This document shows, one piece after another, positions 55,753 through 64,000 of a stretch of 64,000 nucleotides of DNA; within the stretch, counting starts at the first letter, position 1, and each line of letters begins with the position of its first letter. The stretch covers positions 916-64,915 of the IMG/VR virus record IMGVR_UViG_2891407665_000023. One strand, 5' to 3'. The notes beneath the pieces were generated by a model that did no database searches, was not told the origin of the DNA, and saw only the letters and a program-made list of their open reading frames with translations. Source of the DNA: a virus. Taxonomy: Duplodnaviria > Caudoviricetes. A program made the position numbers and the translations under genes.

Positions 55753-58700
55753 ATGAAGATTCGTAAATTATTCAAAAGGGCTGCGGCGTTTGCCCTTGTT
55801 GCGGTCACGGCACTGTCTGCCGTCCCTGCCACGACAGCGTTTGCGGCGGGCGACATCGGCACGATTAGCTTTACCCACACCTATGACGGTGCAGGGAACG
55901 CAATCAGATATAATTCCAGTGCCAACATTGGCGGTCATACCGCAGGAGGGACAGGCGAATACAAATACCGTATGTATGTGGACGGGGAAACGGCGTTCTG
56001 CCTTCAGCCAGGCGTGCCGCTGAAAACGGGGAACACATTGGCAAAGGCTTCTTCCAACGCTTGGAACGCCCTCTCCGCAGACCAGAAAAAGGCGGTGGGG
56101 CTTGCCCTGCTCTACGGCTATCAGGGCAACAGCGGGAATTTATCTGGGAGCGATGACGAGAAATGGCTTGCCACCCAGACCCTTGTATGGGAGTTTGTTA
56201 CGGGATGCCGCAACGCCACAAGCCCGTACAGCCAGACAAGCACGACCGTTTACAGCCTGCACTTTGGCTCTAACTATGCCAACAGCGGGGCGAGGGCGGC
56301 TTACGACCAGATTGTGTCGCTGATGACAAGGCACAGCACGATTCCAAGCTTCATGTCGGCGGGCAAGAAAGACATCACAAAGGAGCTTGCCTATAAGGAC
56401 GGGAAGTACAGTCTGACATTGACGGATAAGAATAATGCTCTTTCCGAGTATTCCTTTACCAGTTCCGACAGCAATGTGAAAGTTTCCAAATCTGGGAACA
56501 AGCTCACCATCACGTCAAAAAAGGCGATTGACGGCAAGGCGAGGATTACGGCAACGAGGAACAACACGCCAACGGTCAGCAGCGGGGCGATGATGATTGC
56601 TTACGGCGACCCCAACTTGCAGGACGTCATTACGGGCGTGGAAAACGTAGATACCATGATGGCATATATCAACGTGGAAACCCCGACAGGAACAGTAGCT
56701 TTAAAGAAAACTTCTGAGGACGGCGTTGTTGTGGGGATTTCCTTTACCATCAAAGGTGACGGCTTCAATAAGACTGTAAAAACCGACAAGAATGGAAATA
56801 TCACAGTGGAGGGCTTATTCCCTGGCACTTATACCGTTACCGAGCAGTCCATTGACCGCTATGAGCCGCAGAAAACCCAGACCGTGACGATTATCGGAGG
56901 GAAAACCTCTACGGTCACATTCAGCAATACTTTAAAACGTGGCAGTCTGGAAGTTGTAAAAACATCCGAGGATAATCTTGTGGAGGGCGTGAAGTTCCAC
57001 CTTTACGGAACATCATTGAGCGGCTTGGCTATTGATGAATATGCCATAACCGATAAGAACGGATTGGCAAAGTTTGAGAACGTCCTTATCAGCGGCAGCA
57101 CGCCTTATACTCTTGAGGAAGTGGATACGGCAGTCCGCTACGTTGTGCCTGCATCCCAGACAGCCCCGATTGAGTGGAAAAAGGTCACAAACCGCAGCTT
57201 CCACAACATTTTGAAGAAGTTCAATGTCACGGTATTAAAGACCGACGTGGAAACAGGAAAGAAGCCGCAGGGCGACGCTTCCCTTGCAGGTGCGGTTTAC
57301 GGCATCTATAAAGGGGAGGAACTGGTTGACACTTACACCACCGATGAAAACGGGCAGTTCACAACGAAATATTATATCTGCGGCGATGACTGGAGCATCC
57401 GTGAGATTACCCCGTCCGAGGGCTATCTTCTGGACACCACAATCCACCATGTAGGTGTAGAGCCGCAGCTTTACACCGTGGAATATAATTCTGCAAAGAA
57501 TGACGTAAACGAGCAGGTCATTAAGGGAAATATCGCTATCATCAAGCATACCGATAACGGCGAAACCCAGATTGAAACGCCAGAGGAGGGGGCTGTTTTT
57601 GAGGTATATTTAAAATCCGCAGGCAGCTTTGATGCGGCGGAGGAAACGGAACGTGACACGCTCATTTGTGATGAGAACGGATTTGCCCAGACAAAGGATA
57701 TGCCATACGGCATCTATACGGTTCACCAGACCTCTGGATGGGATGGGCGTGAGCTGATGAAAGACTTTGACGTGTTCATCTGCAAGGACAGCCAGACTTA
57801 CCGCTACCTTATCAACAACGCCAACTTTGAGAGCTATATCAAGATTGTGAAAAAGGATATAGAAACAGGCAGGGTTATCCCGTATGCGGGCGCAGGCTTC
57901 CAGATTTACGACCCAGAGGGAAACCTTGTAACAATGAAATTCACTTATCCCGAAGTGACGGAGATTGACACGTTCTACACCACGGCGGACGGCGGGCTTA
58001 TCACGCCGCAGACCTTAGAATACGGCAAGGGCTATTCGCTTGTGGAAGTGCAAGCCCCATACGGCTATGTTCTGGATTCCGAGCCAGTTTATTTTGACGT
58101 GGGGCAGGAAAACTCCGAGGAGGAAAGCGGAATCACTATTGTCAAGGTAGAACGCTCCAACGTGGCACAGAAAGGCAAGATTACAGTATCCAAGTCTGGG
58201 GAGGTATTCAGCAGGGTATCGGGAAACAAGGGGCTGTACCAGCCGATTTTTGCCGTGGATAATTTAGAGGGTGCAGTTTACGAGATTACCGCAGCCGAGG
58301 ACATTATTACAACGGACGGAACGGTCAGAGCCGAGAAAGGCGAGGTCGTGGATACGCTTACCACAGGGGAAGATGGCACGGCGGAAAGCAAAGAGCTTTA
58401 TCTCGGAAAGTATGGGGTAAAGGAAGTGACCGCCCCGTATGGCATGGTATTAAACGATGAAATCCATGCGGTTGAGCTTGTGTATGCGGGGCAGGAAATC
58501 GAAGTGACGGAAACAGGCACGGAGTTTTACAACGAGCGTCAGCGTGTAGAAATTGATTTAAACAAGAGCCTTGAGGTTGATGAAGCATACGGCGTGGGCA
58601 GCAACGGCGAAATCAAAGACGTTACGTTCGGTCTGTATGCCGCCGAGGAGCTGACCGCCGCCGACGGCTCTGTTATCCCTGTCGATGGATTGATTGAAGT

Positions 58701-59901
58701 TATTTTCCTTGACGAGAACGGTCACGGAAAGGCAGTCAGCGACCTGCCGATAGGCAGCTATTATGTGCAGGAAATATCAACAAATGTCGCTTACCTTGTC
58801 AGCGACGAGAAGTACCCTGTTGATTTTGAGTACGCAGGGCAGGAAACAGCCGTCGTGAATATCACGGCAAACGAGGGAGAAGCCATTGAAAACGAACTGA
58901 TTTACGGCTCTGTCAGCGGCAAAAAGTCCAACGAGGATGGCGAGGATTTAGGCGGTGCGTTCATCGGCATCTTTCAGACGGGGACAACAGAATATACAAA
59001 GGAAAATGCGATTGCCACTGCCACATCCGAGGATGACGGCAGTTTTTCTTTTGATAAAGTTCCGTATGGCATATGGATAATCCGTGAAATCGAAAGCCCG
59101 AAAGGATATGTACTCTCCGAGGAAGAAATCAGCGTGACAATCAGCGAGGTTGATGAAGTTGTGGAGATAGAGCTTGTCAACTACTTTATTATGGGCAACA
59201 TCGCTCTGACGAAAGTAGACAAGGACTACCCAGACAACAAGCTCACAGGTGCGGTATTTGAGGTTTACGCTGATACGGACGGCGACGGGAAATTGAATAA
59301 AAAGGATGAACTGCTCGGCGAGATGGGAGAGGTAGAAAAAGGCGTTTACCAGATGAACGACCTCAGATACGGCAAGTACCTTGTCAGTGAGAAAACCGCC
59401 CCGACAGGCTTTGTTCTGGACGAGAATGTTTATCCCGTATCCATTGAGGAAAACGGCAAGACCTACAACGTGGAGAATGAAGCGGGCAAAGGATTTTTAA
59501 ATGAAGCACAGAAAGGAAGCCTTAAAATCGTCAAGACTTCCTCTGACGGAAAAGTGGAGGGATTCTCTTTCCGTGTCATCGGCAAAGATTACGACCAGAC
59601 ATTCAAGACGGACAAGAACGGCGAAATCGTAGTTGACGGCTTGCGTATCGGCGAGTACACCGTGTCCGAGGTCAGCGACAAGGCATCCTCTGGCTATATC
59701 CTGCCCGCCGACCAGAAAGTGACCATTAAGACAGATGAAACAGCAACCGTAACCATGCACAACGAACTGCGTGACACCCCGAAAACAGGCGACGATTTTA
59801 ATCTCGGCTTGTGGGTGAGCCTTGCGGCGGCATTTACAGCCGGTGCGGGAATCTTCGGGTTTGCAGGCTGCCAGTGCGGAAGAAAGAAAAAGGAGGACTA
59901 A
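55753..59901 (+). CDS. Sortase-anchored adhesin with thioester domain and SpaA/Cna-B repeats
   Basis: Signal peptide; AFCLQPG and ATQTLVWE (TED Cys/Gln motifs); repeated LxEVxAPxGY; TPKTG + TM + basic tail. Confidence 0.88.
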   Translation: MKIRKLFKRAAAFALVAVTALSAVPATTAFAAGDIGTISFTHTYDGAGNAIRYNSSANIGGHTAGGTGEYKYRMYVDGETAFCLQPGVPLKTGNTLAKASSNAWNALSADQKKAVGLALLYGYQGNSGNLSGSDDEKWLATQTLVWEFVTGCRNATSPYSQTSTTVYSLHFGSNYANSGARAAYDQIVSLMTRHSTIPSFMSAGKKDITKELAYKDGKYSLTLTDKNNALSEYSFTSSDSNVKVSKSGNKLTITSKKAIDGKARITATRNNTPTVSSGAMMIAYGDPNLQDVITGVENVDTMMAYINVETPTGTVALKKTSEDGVVVGISFTIKGDGFNKTVKTDKNGNITVEGLFPGTYTVTEQSIDRYEPQKTQTVTIIGGKTSTVTFSNTLKRGSLEVVKTSEDNLVEGVKFHLYGTSLSGLAIDEYAITDKNGLAKFENVLISGSTPYTLEEVDTAVRYVVPASQTAPIEWKKVTNRSFHNILKKFNVTVLKTDVETGKKPQGDASLAGAVYGIYKGEELVDTYTTDENGQFTTKYYICGDDWSIREITPSEGYLLDTTIHHVGVEPQLYTVEYNSAKNDVNEQVIKGNIAIIKHTDNGETQIETPEEGAVFEVYLKSAGSFDAAEETERDTLICDENGFAQTKDMPYGIYTVHQTSGWDGRELMKDFDVFICKDSQTYRYLINNANFESYIKIVKKDIETGRVIPYAGAGFQIYDPEGNLVTMKFTYPEVTEIDTFYTTADGGLITPQTLEYGKGYSLVEVQAPYGYVLDSEPVYFDVGQENSEEESGITIVKVERSNVAQKGKITVSKSGEVFSRVSGNKGLYQPIFAVDNLEGAVYEITAAEDIITTDGTVRAEKGEVVDTLTTGEDGTAESKELYLGKYGVKEVTAPYGMVLNDEIHAVELVYAGQEIEVTETGTEFYNERQRVEIDLNKSLEVDEAYGVGSNGEIKDVTFGLYAAEELTAADGSVIPVDGLIEVIFLDENGHGKAVSDLPIGSYYVQEISTNVAYLVSDEKYPVDFEYAGQETAVVNITANEGEAIENELIYGSVSGKKSNEDGEDLGGAFIGIFQTGTTEYTKENAIATATSEDDGSFSFDKVPYGIWIIREIESPKGYVLSEEEISVTISEVDEVVEIELVNYFIMGNIALTKVDKDYPDNKLTGAVFEVYADTDGDGKLNKKDELLGEMGEVEKGVYQMNDLRYGKYLVSEKTAPTGFVLDENVYPVSIEENGKTYNVENEAGKGFLNEAQKGSLKIVKTSSDGKVEGFSFRVIGKDYDQTFKTDKNGEIVVDGLRIGEYTVSEVSDKASSGYILPADQKVTIKTDETATVTMHNELRDTPKTGDDFNLGLWVSLAAAFTAGAGIFGFAGCQCGRKKKED

Positions 59902-59906
59902 GCAGG

Positions 59907-59996
59907 ATGAGGGGAAAGACAATCATTGCAGCCATTCTTGCCGTATTCATGGTAAGTGCGGCGGTATGGCTGAAAATCCGTAACAGGAAGAAATAA
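59907..59996 (+). CDS. Small membrane peptide (29 aa)
   Basis: AGGAGG upstream; MRGKTIIAAILAVFMVSAAVWLKIRNRKK. Confidence 0.5.
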   Translation: MRGKTIIAAILAVFMVSAAVWLKIRNRKK

Positions 59997-60097
59997 ATTA
60001 AGACAGATTGATGTGGATTGGGGTGGTTGAAAAATACCGCTCTCTTTCCATTTATAAAGGATGTTTGTGCAAAGAAACACACGGAACGGAGGAATTT

Positions 60098-60403
60098 ATG
60101 GACAGTCTGAAAACCATTGAGGGCAAAGTCAGAGCCGTCCTGCAAGAGAATGAGGACGCCAGAAACGACGACATGGTGCTGTACCTTGCCCTCTGCAACC
60201 TTTATCTGAAAGATGCGGGAAATATGCCGCTTGCCCAGATACTTTTGAACCATAAGGAGCTTGGCTTGCCGAGCTTTGAGAGCGTGGGCAGGACACGCCG
60301 CAAATTGCAGGAGAAATGCCCAGAACTTTTAGGGAGTGTGCGGATGCAGAAAATCAGAGCCAAAGGGGAAAAGGCATACCGCAGATATGCCAAAGAATCT
60401 TGA
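60098..60403 (+). CDS. Hypothetical ICE protein
   Basis: GGAGG RBS; ARNDDMVLY...PSFESVGRTRRKLQ. Confidence 0.8.
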   Translation: MDSLKTIEGKVRAVLQENEDARNDDMVLYLALCNLYLKDAGNMPLAQILLNHKELGLPSFESVGRTRRKLQEKCPELLGSVRMQKIRAKGEKAYRRYAKES

Positions 60404-60438
60404 AGTGAGTAAAAAATTGAAAGAGAGGAGGAACGCCT

Positions 60439-60714
60439 ATGGACGGTGAAACACGCTCCAATCAGGGCTATGAAATCATAGAGAGTTGCACAATCGGGAA
60501 CACGGAGCTTGTCATCGGGCATCACCCGAAAGCCCCGAACCCGTATGTATGCTGGTACTGCAAGGGCGGCGACAACTATTACTGGGGCTGTTACTGCAAT
60601 ACCCTTGAAGCGGCGAGGGAGAAGCTGAACGAACGCTACCAGTCAGAGTGCCAGATGCCATACAATCAACAGCCAGATAAAAAAGTGAAGCAGCACGATG
60701 GGCGTGAGCGGTAG
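60439..60714 (+). CDS. Hypothetical ICE protein
   Basis: GGAGG RBS; ends KKVKQHDGRER. Confidence 0.75.
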   Translation: MDGETRSNQGYEIIESCTIGNTELVIGHHPKAPNPYVCWYCKGGDNYYWGCYCNTLEAAREKLNERYQSECQMPYNQQPDKKVKQHDGRER

Positions 60715-60715
60715 C

Positions 60716-60874
60716 ATGAGCAGCAATGAAAACCATAAGAAATATGACTGCACGACCTGTCCTTATCCCCGATATAAGGACAGCCGTACTATTTTCTGCG
60801 ATGTCTGCATCCAAAAGATTTTAGATGAGCAGAGGGAGAAAAAGCAAAGAAAGGAGAACCCCGATGGAGAATGA
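60716..60874 (+). CDS. Small Cys-rich protein (CxxC...CxxC)
   Basis: MSSNENHKKYDCTTCPYP...FCDVCIQK; fills the gap between neighbouring genes. Confidence 0.5.
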   Translation: MSSNENHKKYDCTTCPYPRYKDSRTIFCDVCIQKILDEQREKKQRKENPDGE

Positions 60875-61469
60875 AGAAAAACGGATGATTAGCTCCTATG
60901 AGGTCACGCAGAGCATCCACATCGGAAAAAAGGAAGTCGTGTTCGGCATAGATGAGAAAGAGGAATACCCGTATCTTGTCTGCTGCTGCACTTACGAAAA
61001 CCCGCTGTCCGCAGAATGGGTAACGGATGCGGTCGGCTCTGACGACTATCTGGAAGCCATGCAGATGTTTACCGACAGGGTGCAGGAACAGATAGAAAGT
61101 GTAAGAGTCGAGCAGGAACAGTTCAAGTTTGACATGACCCCGTTTACCATAGACGACTGCATCCCAGACGACAAATGCGGCAGCATTGTGGGAAAGGTCG
61201 TTGTCATCAATGCCGAGGTCAACCGCCATGAGTACAGGCATTCTGCCTACCAGCTTGTACTGGCGGACGGCGGTCACGGTGCGTTGGGCGGCAGAGGGCA
61301 GGCGGTGTTCGGCACTTCCCTTGCGGACGGAAAGCACGCCCGATGGGAACGGTGCGACGTGCTTGGGGAAATCAAGCCAGAGAAGATGCCCGTCTGGGCA
61401 AAAGAAGCCCTCGCAAAAATCCAATCGCAGGAAAAGGCGAAGAAATCAAAGAGCAGGGAGGAACGCTGA
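60864..61469 (+). CDS. Hypothetical ICE protein
   Basis: AAGGAG RBS; ends KAKKSKSREER. Confidence 0.8.
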   Translation: MENEEKRMISSYEVTQSIHIGKKEVVFGIDEKEEYPYLVCCCTYENPLSAEWVTDAVGSDDYLEAMQMFTDRVQEQIESVRVEQEQFKFDMTPFTIDDCIPDDKCGSIVGKVVVINAEVNRHEYRHSAYQLVLADGGHGALGGRGQAVFGTSLADGKHARWERCDVLGEIKPEKMPVWAKEALAKIQSQEKAKKSKSREER

Positions 61470-62167
61470 TGGAGGTACGGGCTTTAACGCAATCCGAACA
61501 GAAATACACCTACGCCCAGAGTATGCAGCTTGAGGGGCAGACGGGATGCATTGGGCATCTCCGTGGGGACTTTGGCGACTCTGGGAACGAGTTTCATACC
61601 GATTGGTCTGATACGAGGGAACAGTGGAAAACCGATGAATTTAAGTCGGGGCTTGACGATGTAATCAATGCCCTGCGTGAAGATAAGGGGCTTCTGCACA
61701 GCCGCCGTGATATGTCGTCGGCTGCAAGGCAATCCCCTGATGCCGCCTTTATGGGGAACTACTGTACTGAGTACGGTTTCCGTGTGGACATCGACAAGCA
61801 CGCTTTCCTGCTCCGCTGCAACCCCACAAAGGGCGATTACAATTTTTACTGCTACTGCTATGTGAAAGAATGGCTCGACAGGCATATATCCAGAGCAGAA
61901 CAGGGAATCCGCTTTATTGACCCCCATTACAAAGAGCTGTTCCGCATCCCAGACGGCGGGAAAATCATTATCACTTATGATTGGGGAGAAAAGGCGGAAA
62001 AAAGCTGCCGTTTCATTGACGAATACCATACCGAGGTGGGCAGCAACCTCTACCACATCTGCGAGTTTGCCGAGCGTATGGAAAGGAACGGGCATAGCTG
62101 CGAACCGAAGCCGCAAGAGCCGCCGTCCGCACAGAAAGCCCCGAAGCACAAAGACCATGAGCGATAG
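61469..62167 (+). CDS. Hypothetical ICE protein
   Basis: TGATG coupling; ends KAPKHKDHER. Confidence 0.8.
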   Translation: MEVRALTQSEQKYTYAQSMQLEGQTGCIGHLRGDFGDSGNEFHTDWSDTREQWKTDEFKSGLDDVINALREDKGLLHSRRDMSSAARQSPDAAFMGNYCTEYGFRVDIDKHAFLLRCNPTKGDYNFYCYCYVKEWLDRHISRAEQGIRFIDPHYKELFRIPDGGKIIITYDWGEKAEKSCRFIDEYHTEVGSNLYHICEFAERMERNGHSCEPKPQEPPSAQKAPKHKDHER

Positions 62168-62179
62168 GAGGTATGGGAT

Positions 62180-62386
62180 ATGGCAGTCAACCAGAAAGCC
62201 GTTAAGGTTCTAAATAAGATATTTGAAGCGGGCTTTACCGAAGAAAAAGCTATCGCCGCCATGACGATGGACGACATTCTCTCCATGCAGGGAATCACGG
62301 TGGCGGACATCACGCTCATCAACGAGCTGCAAAAAAGCATCAAGGGGAACAGGGTCATCTCATTTCTGGGAGGTGGCACGGAGTGA
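62180..62386 (+). CDS. Hypothetical ICE protein
   Basis: GGAGG RBS; MAVNQKAVKVLNKIFEAGF. Confidence 0.75.
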   Translation: MAVNQKAVKVLNKIFEAGFTEEKAIAAMTMDDILSMQGITVADITLINELQKSIKGNRVISFLGGGTE

Positions 62387-62607
62387 ACGCAGCAAGGCAG
62401 GTCTGCATGACGGACAGCAAAGGCAGGACGCTTTTTTCTGTCCCCGATGGCGACATCATCCGTATGTTTTATGGGAACGGGGAGGATTATTTTGCCGTCT
62501 GCCGCTATCTGGACGAAACCCATGCAGAGATTGACGGCGTAAGGTGTGCCGTTCGGGAGTTTGCACAGAGGATGGAACAAAACAGAATCAGCTATGCCCC
62601 TGCTTAA
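62383..62607 (+). CDS. Hypothetical ICE protein
   Basis: GTGA overlap with the previous gene. Confidence 0.7.
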   Translation: MNAARQVCMTDSKGRTLFSVPDGDIIRMFYGNGEDYFAVCRYLDETHAEIDGVRCAVREFAQRMEQNRISYAPA

Positions 62608-62678
62608 AGGCGGGGCATGGACAACAGGAGGATTGATATTTTTATGGAACAGACTGTTTTATCGGGCGGTGATAGGGA

Positions 62679-63137
62679 TTGAGTACCGAGCTTATCAACC
62701 GTATCACAGTAAAGAAAGACGGCGTGTATGTATCTTCCCACAGCTCGAATGACACCTCTCCCTACCATTCATGGAGGTGCAAGGGCTTGTCGGAAATCTA
62801 TGCCGCCGAGGGGCAGAAAGGGCTTGACCGTGAGGTCATCCGTATGCTCTATGAGTATGCCGAGCTTCGTGGTTCGCATAAGAGCCTTGAACGCTACCGC
62901 TACGCAAAGGACGCCCCTGCCGCCCGTGCCATCTATCAGAAATATATGGATAAAATAGACGATTGCTATGGGCAGATGGACGAAGCTGACCAGAAAAGCG
63001 TCTGGTACAAGCCCACGGAAAAGGCAAAGGAATACCGAGCCTATGAGCGGGACATGAGGGAAAAGATGTATTCCGAAATCGCTGAGAGGTGCGGGGAATA
63101 TGATAAGAAGCAGAAAAATAAAGATTTGGAACGATAA
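62679..63137 (+). CDS. Hypothetical ICE protein
   Basis: TTG start; ends KKQKNKDLER. Confidence 0.75.
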   Translation: MSTELINRITVKKDGVYVSSHSSNDTSPYHSWRCKGLSEIYAAEGQKGLDREVIRMLYEYAELRGSHKSLERYRYAKDAPAARAIYQKYMDKIDDCYGQMDEADQKSVWYKPTEKAKEYRAYERDMREKMYSEIAERCGEYDKKQKNKDLER

Positions 63138-63151
63138 GGAGGTGTGAGCCT

Positions 63152-64000
63152 ATGGCTGCAAAGTACCAGCTTATCACGGAGCTGTACCGCCGCACGGGGA
63201 GGGACGTCACGAGAAACCCGCAGGCTTGGCAGGGCTTTTTATCCTCTGCCTGCCGCAATTACAAGTGCCGCTTTGACAAGCAGCTCTTAATCTACGCCCA
63301 ACGTCCCGACGCTACGGCAGTCGCCGAGATTGGCACATGGAACAGGCTTTTTAAAAGGTGGGTAAATAAGGACAGCAAGGGCATAGCGGTCTTTGACCCG
63401 AAAGGACACAGGAACACGCTGAAATATTATTTTGACGTTTCCGACACCCATGAGGGCTATTATGGCAGCCGACCCGTCCCGATATGGCAGATGGATAAGC
63501 GGTACGAGCAGCCTGTCATGGAACGGCTTGCGGGCAGGTTCGGCGGCACGGAGGGCGGCGACTTTGCCACCTTTTTAATGGGAACGGCGGAGAACGCCGT
63601 GGAGGACAATTTACCCGATTACCTCTCACAGCTAAAGGACTGCATGAAAGACAGCTTTTTGGAGGAGCTGGACGACTATAATATAGAAGTGATTTACAGA
63701 CGGCTTGCCGCAAACAGCGTCGCTTATATGCTGTTGAGCCGCTGCGGACTGGATGCGGACGGGTATTTTGAGCGTGAGGATTTTGCGGAGATTATAAATT
63801 TTAACACGCCCCAGACATTGAACGCCATCGGCATCGCCACAAGTGACATTTCCGAGATGGCGTTAAGGGAAATCTCTGCGGCAGTCCGAAATGTGCAAAT
63901 CGAAGCAAAATGTCAGAACCGCACATTTGCAAGGGACACTATAAGCCAGTATGATAAAGGCAGGAAACAACCCGAAAGTCCAGCTAAGAAATGTCAATAG
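63152..64000 (+). CDS. ArdC-like ssDNA-binding N-terminal domain protein (possibly truncated large helicase/methylase)
   Basis: WQGFLSSACRNYK..F..QLLIYAQRPDATAV..IGTWN; stop codon at the last base of the window. Confidence 0.65.
   Translation: MAAKYQLITELYRRTGRDVTRNPQAWQGFLSSACRNYKCRFDKQLLIYAQRPDATAVAEIGTWNRLFKRWVNKDSKGIAVFDPKGHRNTLKYYFDVSDTHEGYYGSRPVPIWQMDKRYEQPVMERLAGRFGGTEGGDFATFLMGTAENAVEDNLPDYLSQLKDCMKDSFLEELDDYNIEVIYRRLAANSVAYMLLSRCGLDADGYFEREDFAEIINFNTPQTLNAIGIATSDISEMALREISAAVRNVQIEAKCQNRTFARDTISQYDKGRKQPESPAKKCQ

Larger units (their letters stand above)
52547..64000 (+). mobile_element. Start of an ICE-like element (parAB, sortase-anchored adhesin, ArdC-like gene)
   Basis: Gene content typical of Clostridiales conjugative elements; conjugation genes not within the window. 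Confidence 0.7.

Overview
Composition and gene content point to a gut Firmicute (Clostridia/Lachnospiraceae-like; inferred, not proven). Positions 1 to ~52.6 kb are one apparently near-complete cos-type siphoviral prophage whose left boundary lies upstream of the window. Its order is: a Bpu10I/BbvCI-like heterodimeric R-M cassette; an ImmA/IrrE-HTH regulator; an orphan gene; a structured leader plus a sigma70-region-4 protein; a VirE/VRR-NUC/SNF2 replication block; ArpU/RinA and HNH; terminase, portal, capsid, tail and lysis genes; a displaced DUF2800/DUF2815/PolA block; SHOCT plus three serine recombinases; and a right-end defence cargo with two DUF262 genes. It ends at an att-like junction in a 3' fragment of rlmD. 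From ~52.5 kb to the end is the start of a second element, an ICE-like region with parAB, a sortase-anchored thioester adhesin and small genes. The most notable unexplained signals are: (i) a stand-alone cGAS/DncV-like nucleotidyltransferase moron with its own promoter and terminator but no effector; (ii) a 7-copy promoter module, with an upstream operator-like inverted repeat in most copies, in front of small orphan genes, a SymE-like toxin and the integrase; (iii) a 3-copy bipartite motif AACCGTCAGATT-N14-GGCTACC heading the replication, PolA and excision operons; (iv) an antisense-like structured leader upstream of the sigma-like gene; and (v) shared basic '...ER-stop' C-terminal tails on five ICE proteins. 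All family assignments come from motif recognition by eye; no database searches were run.
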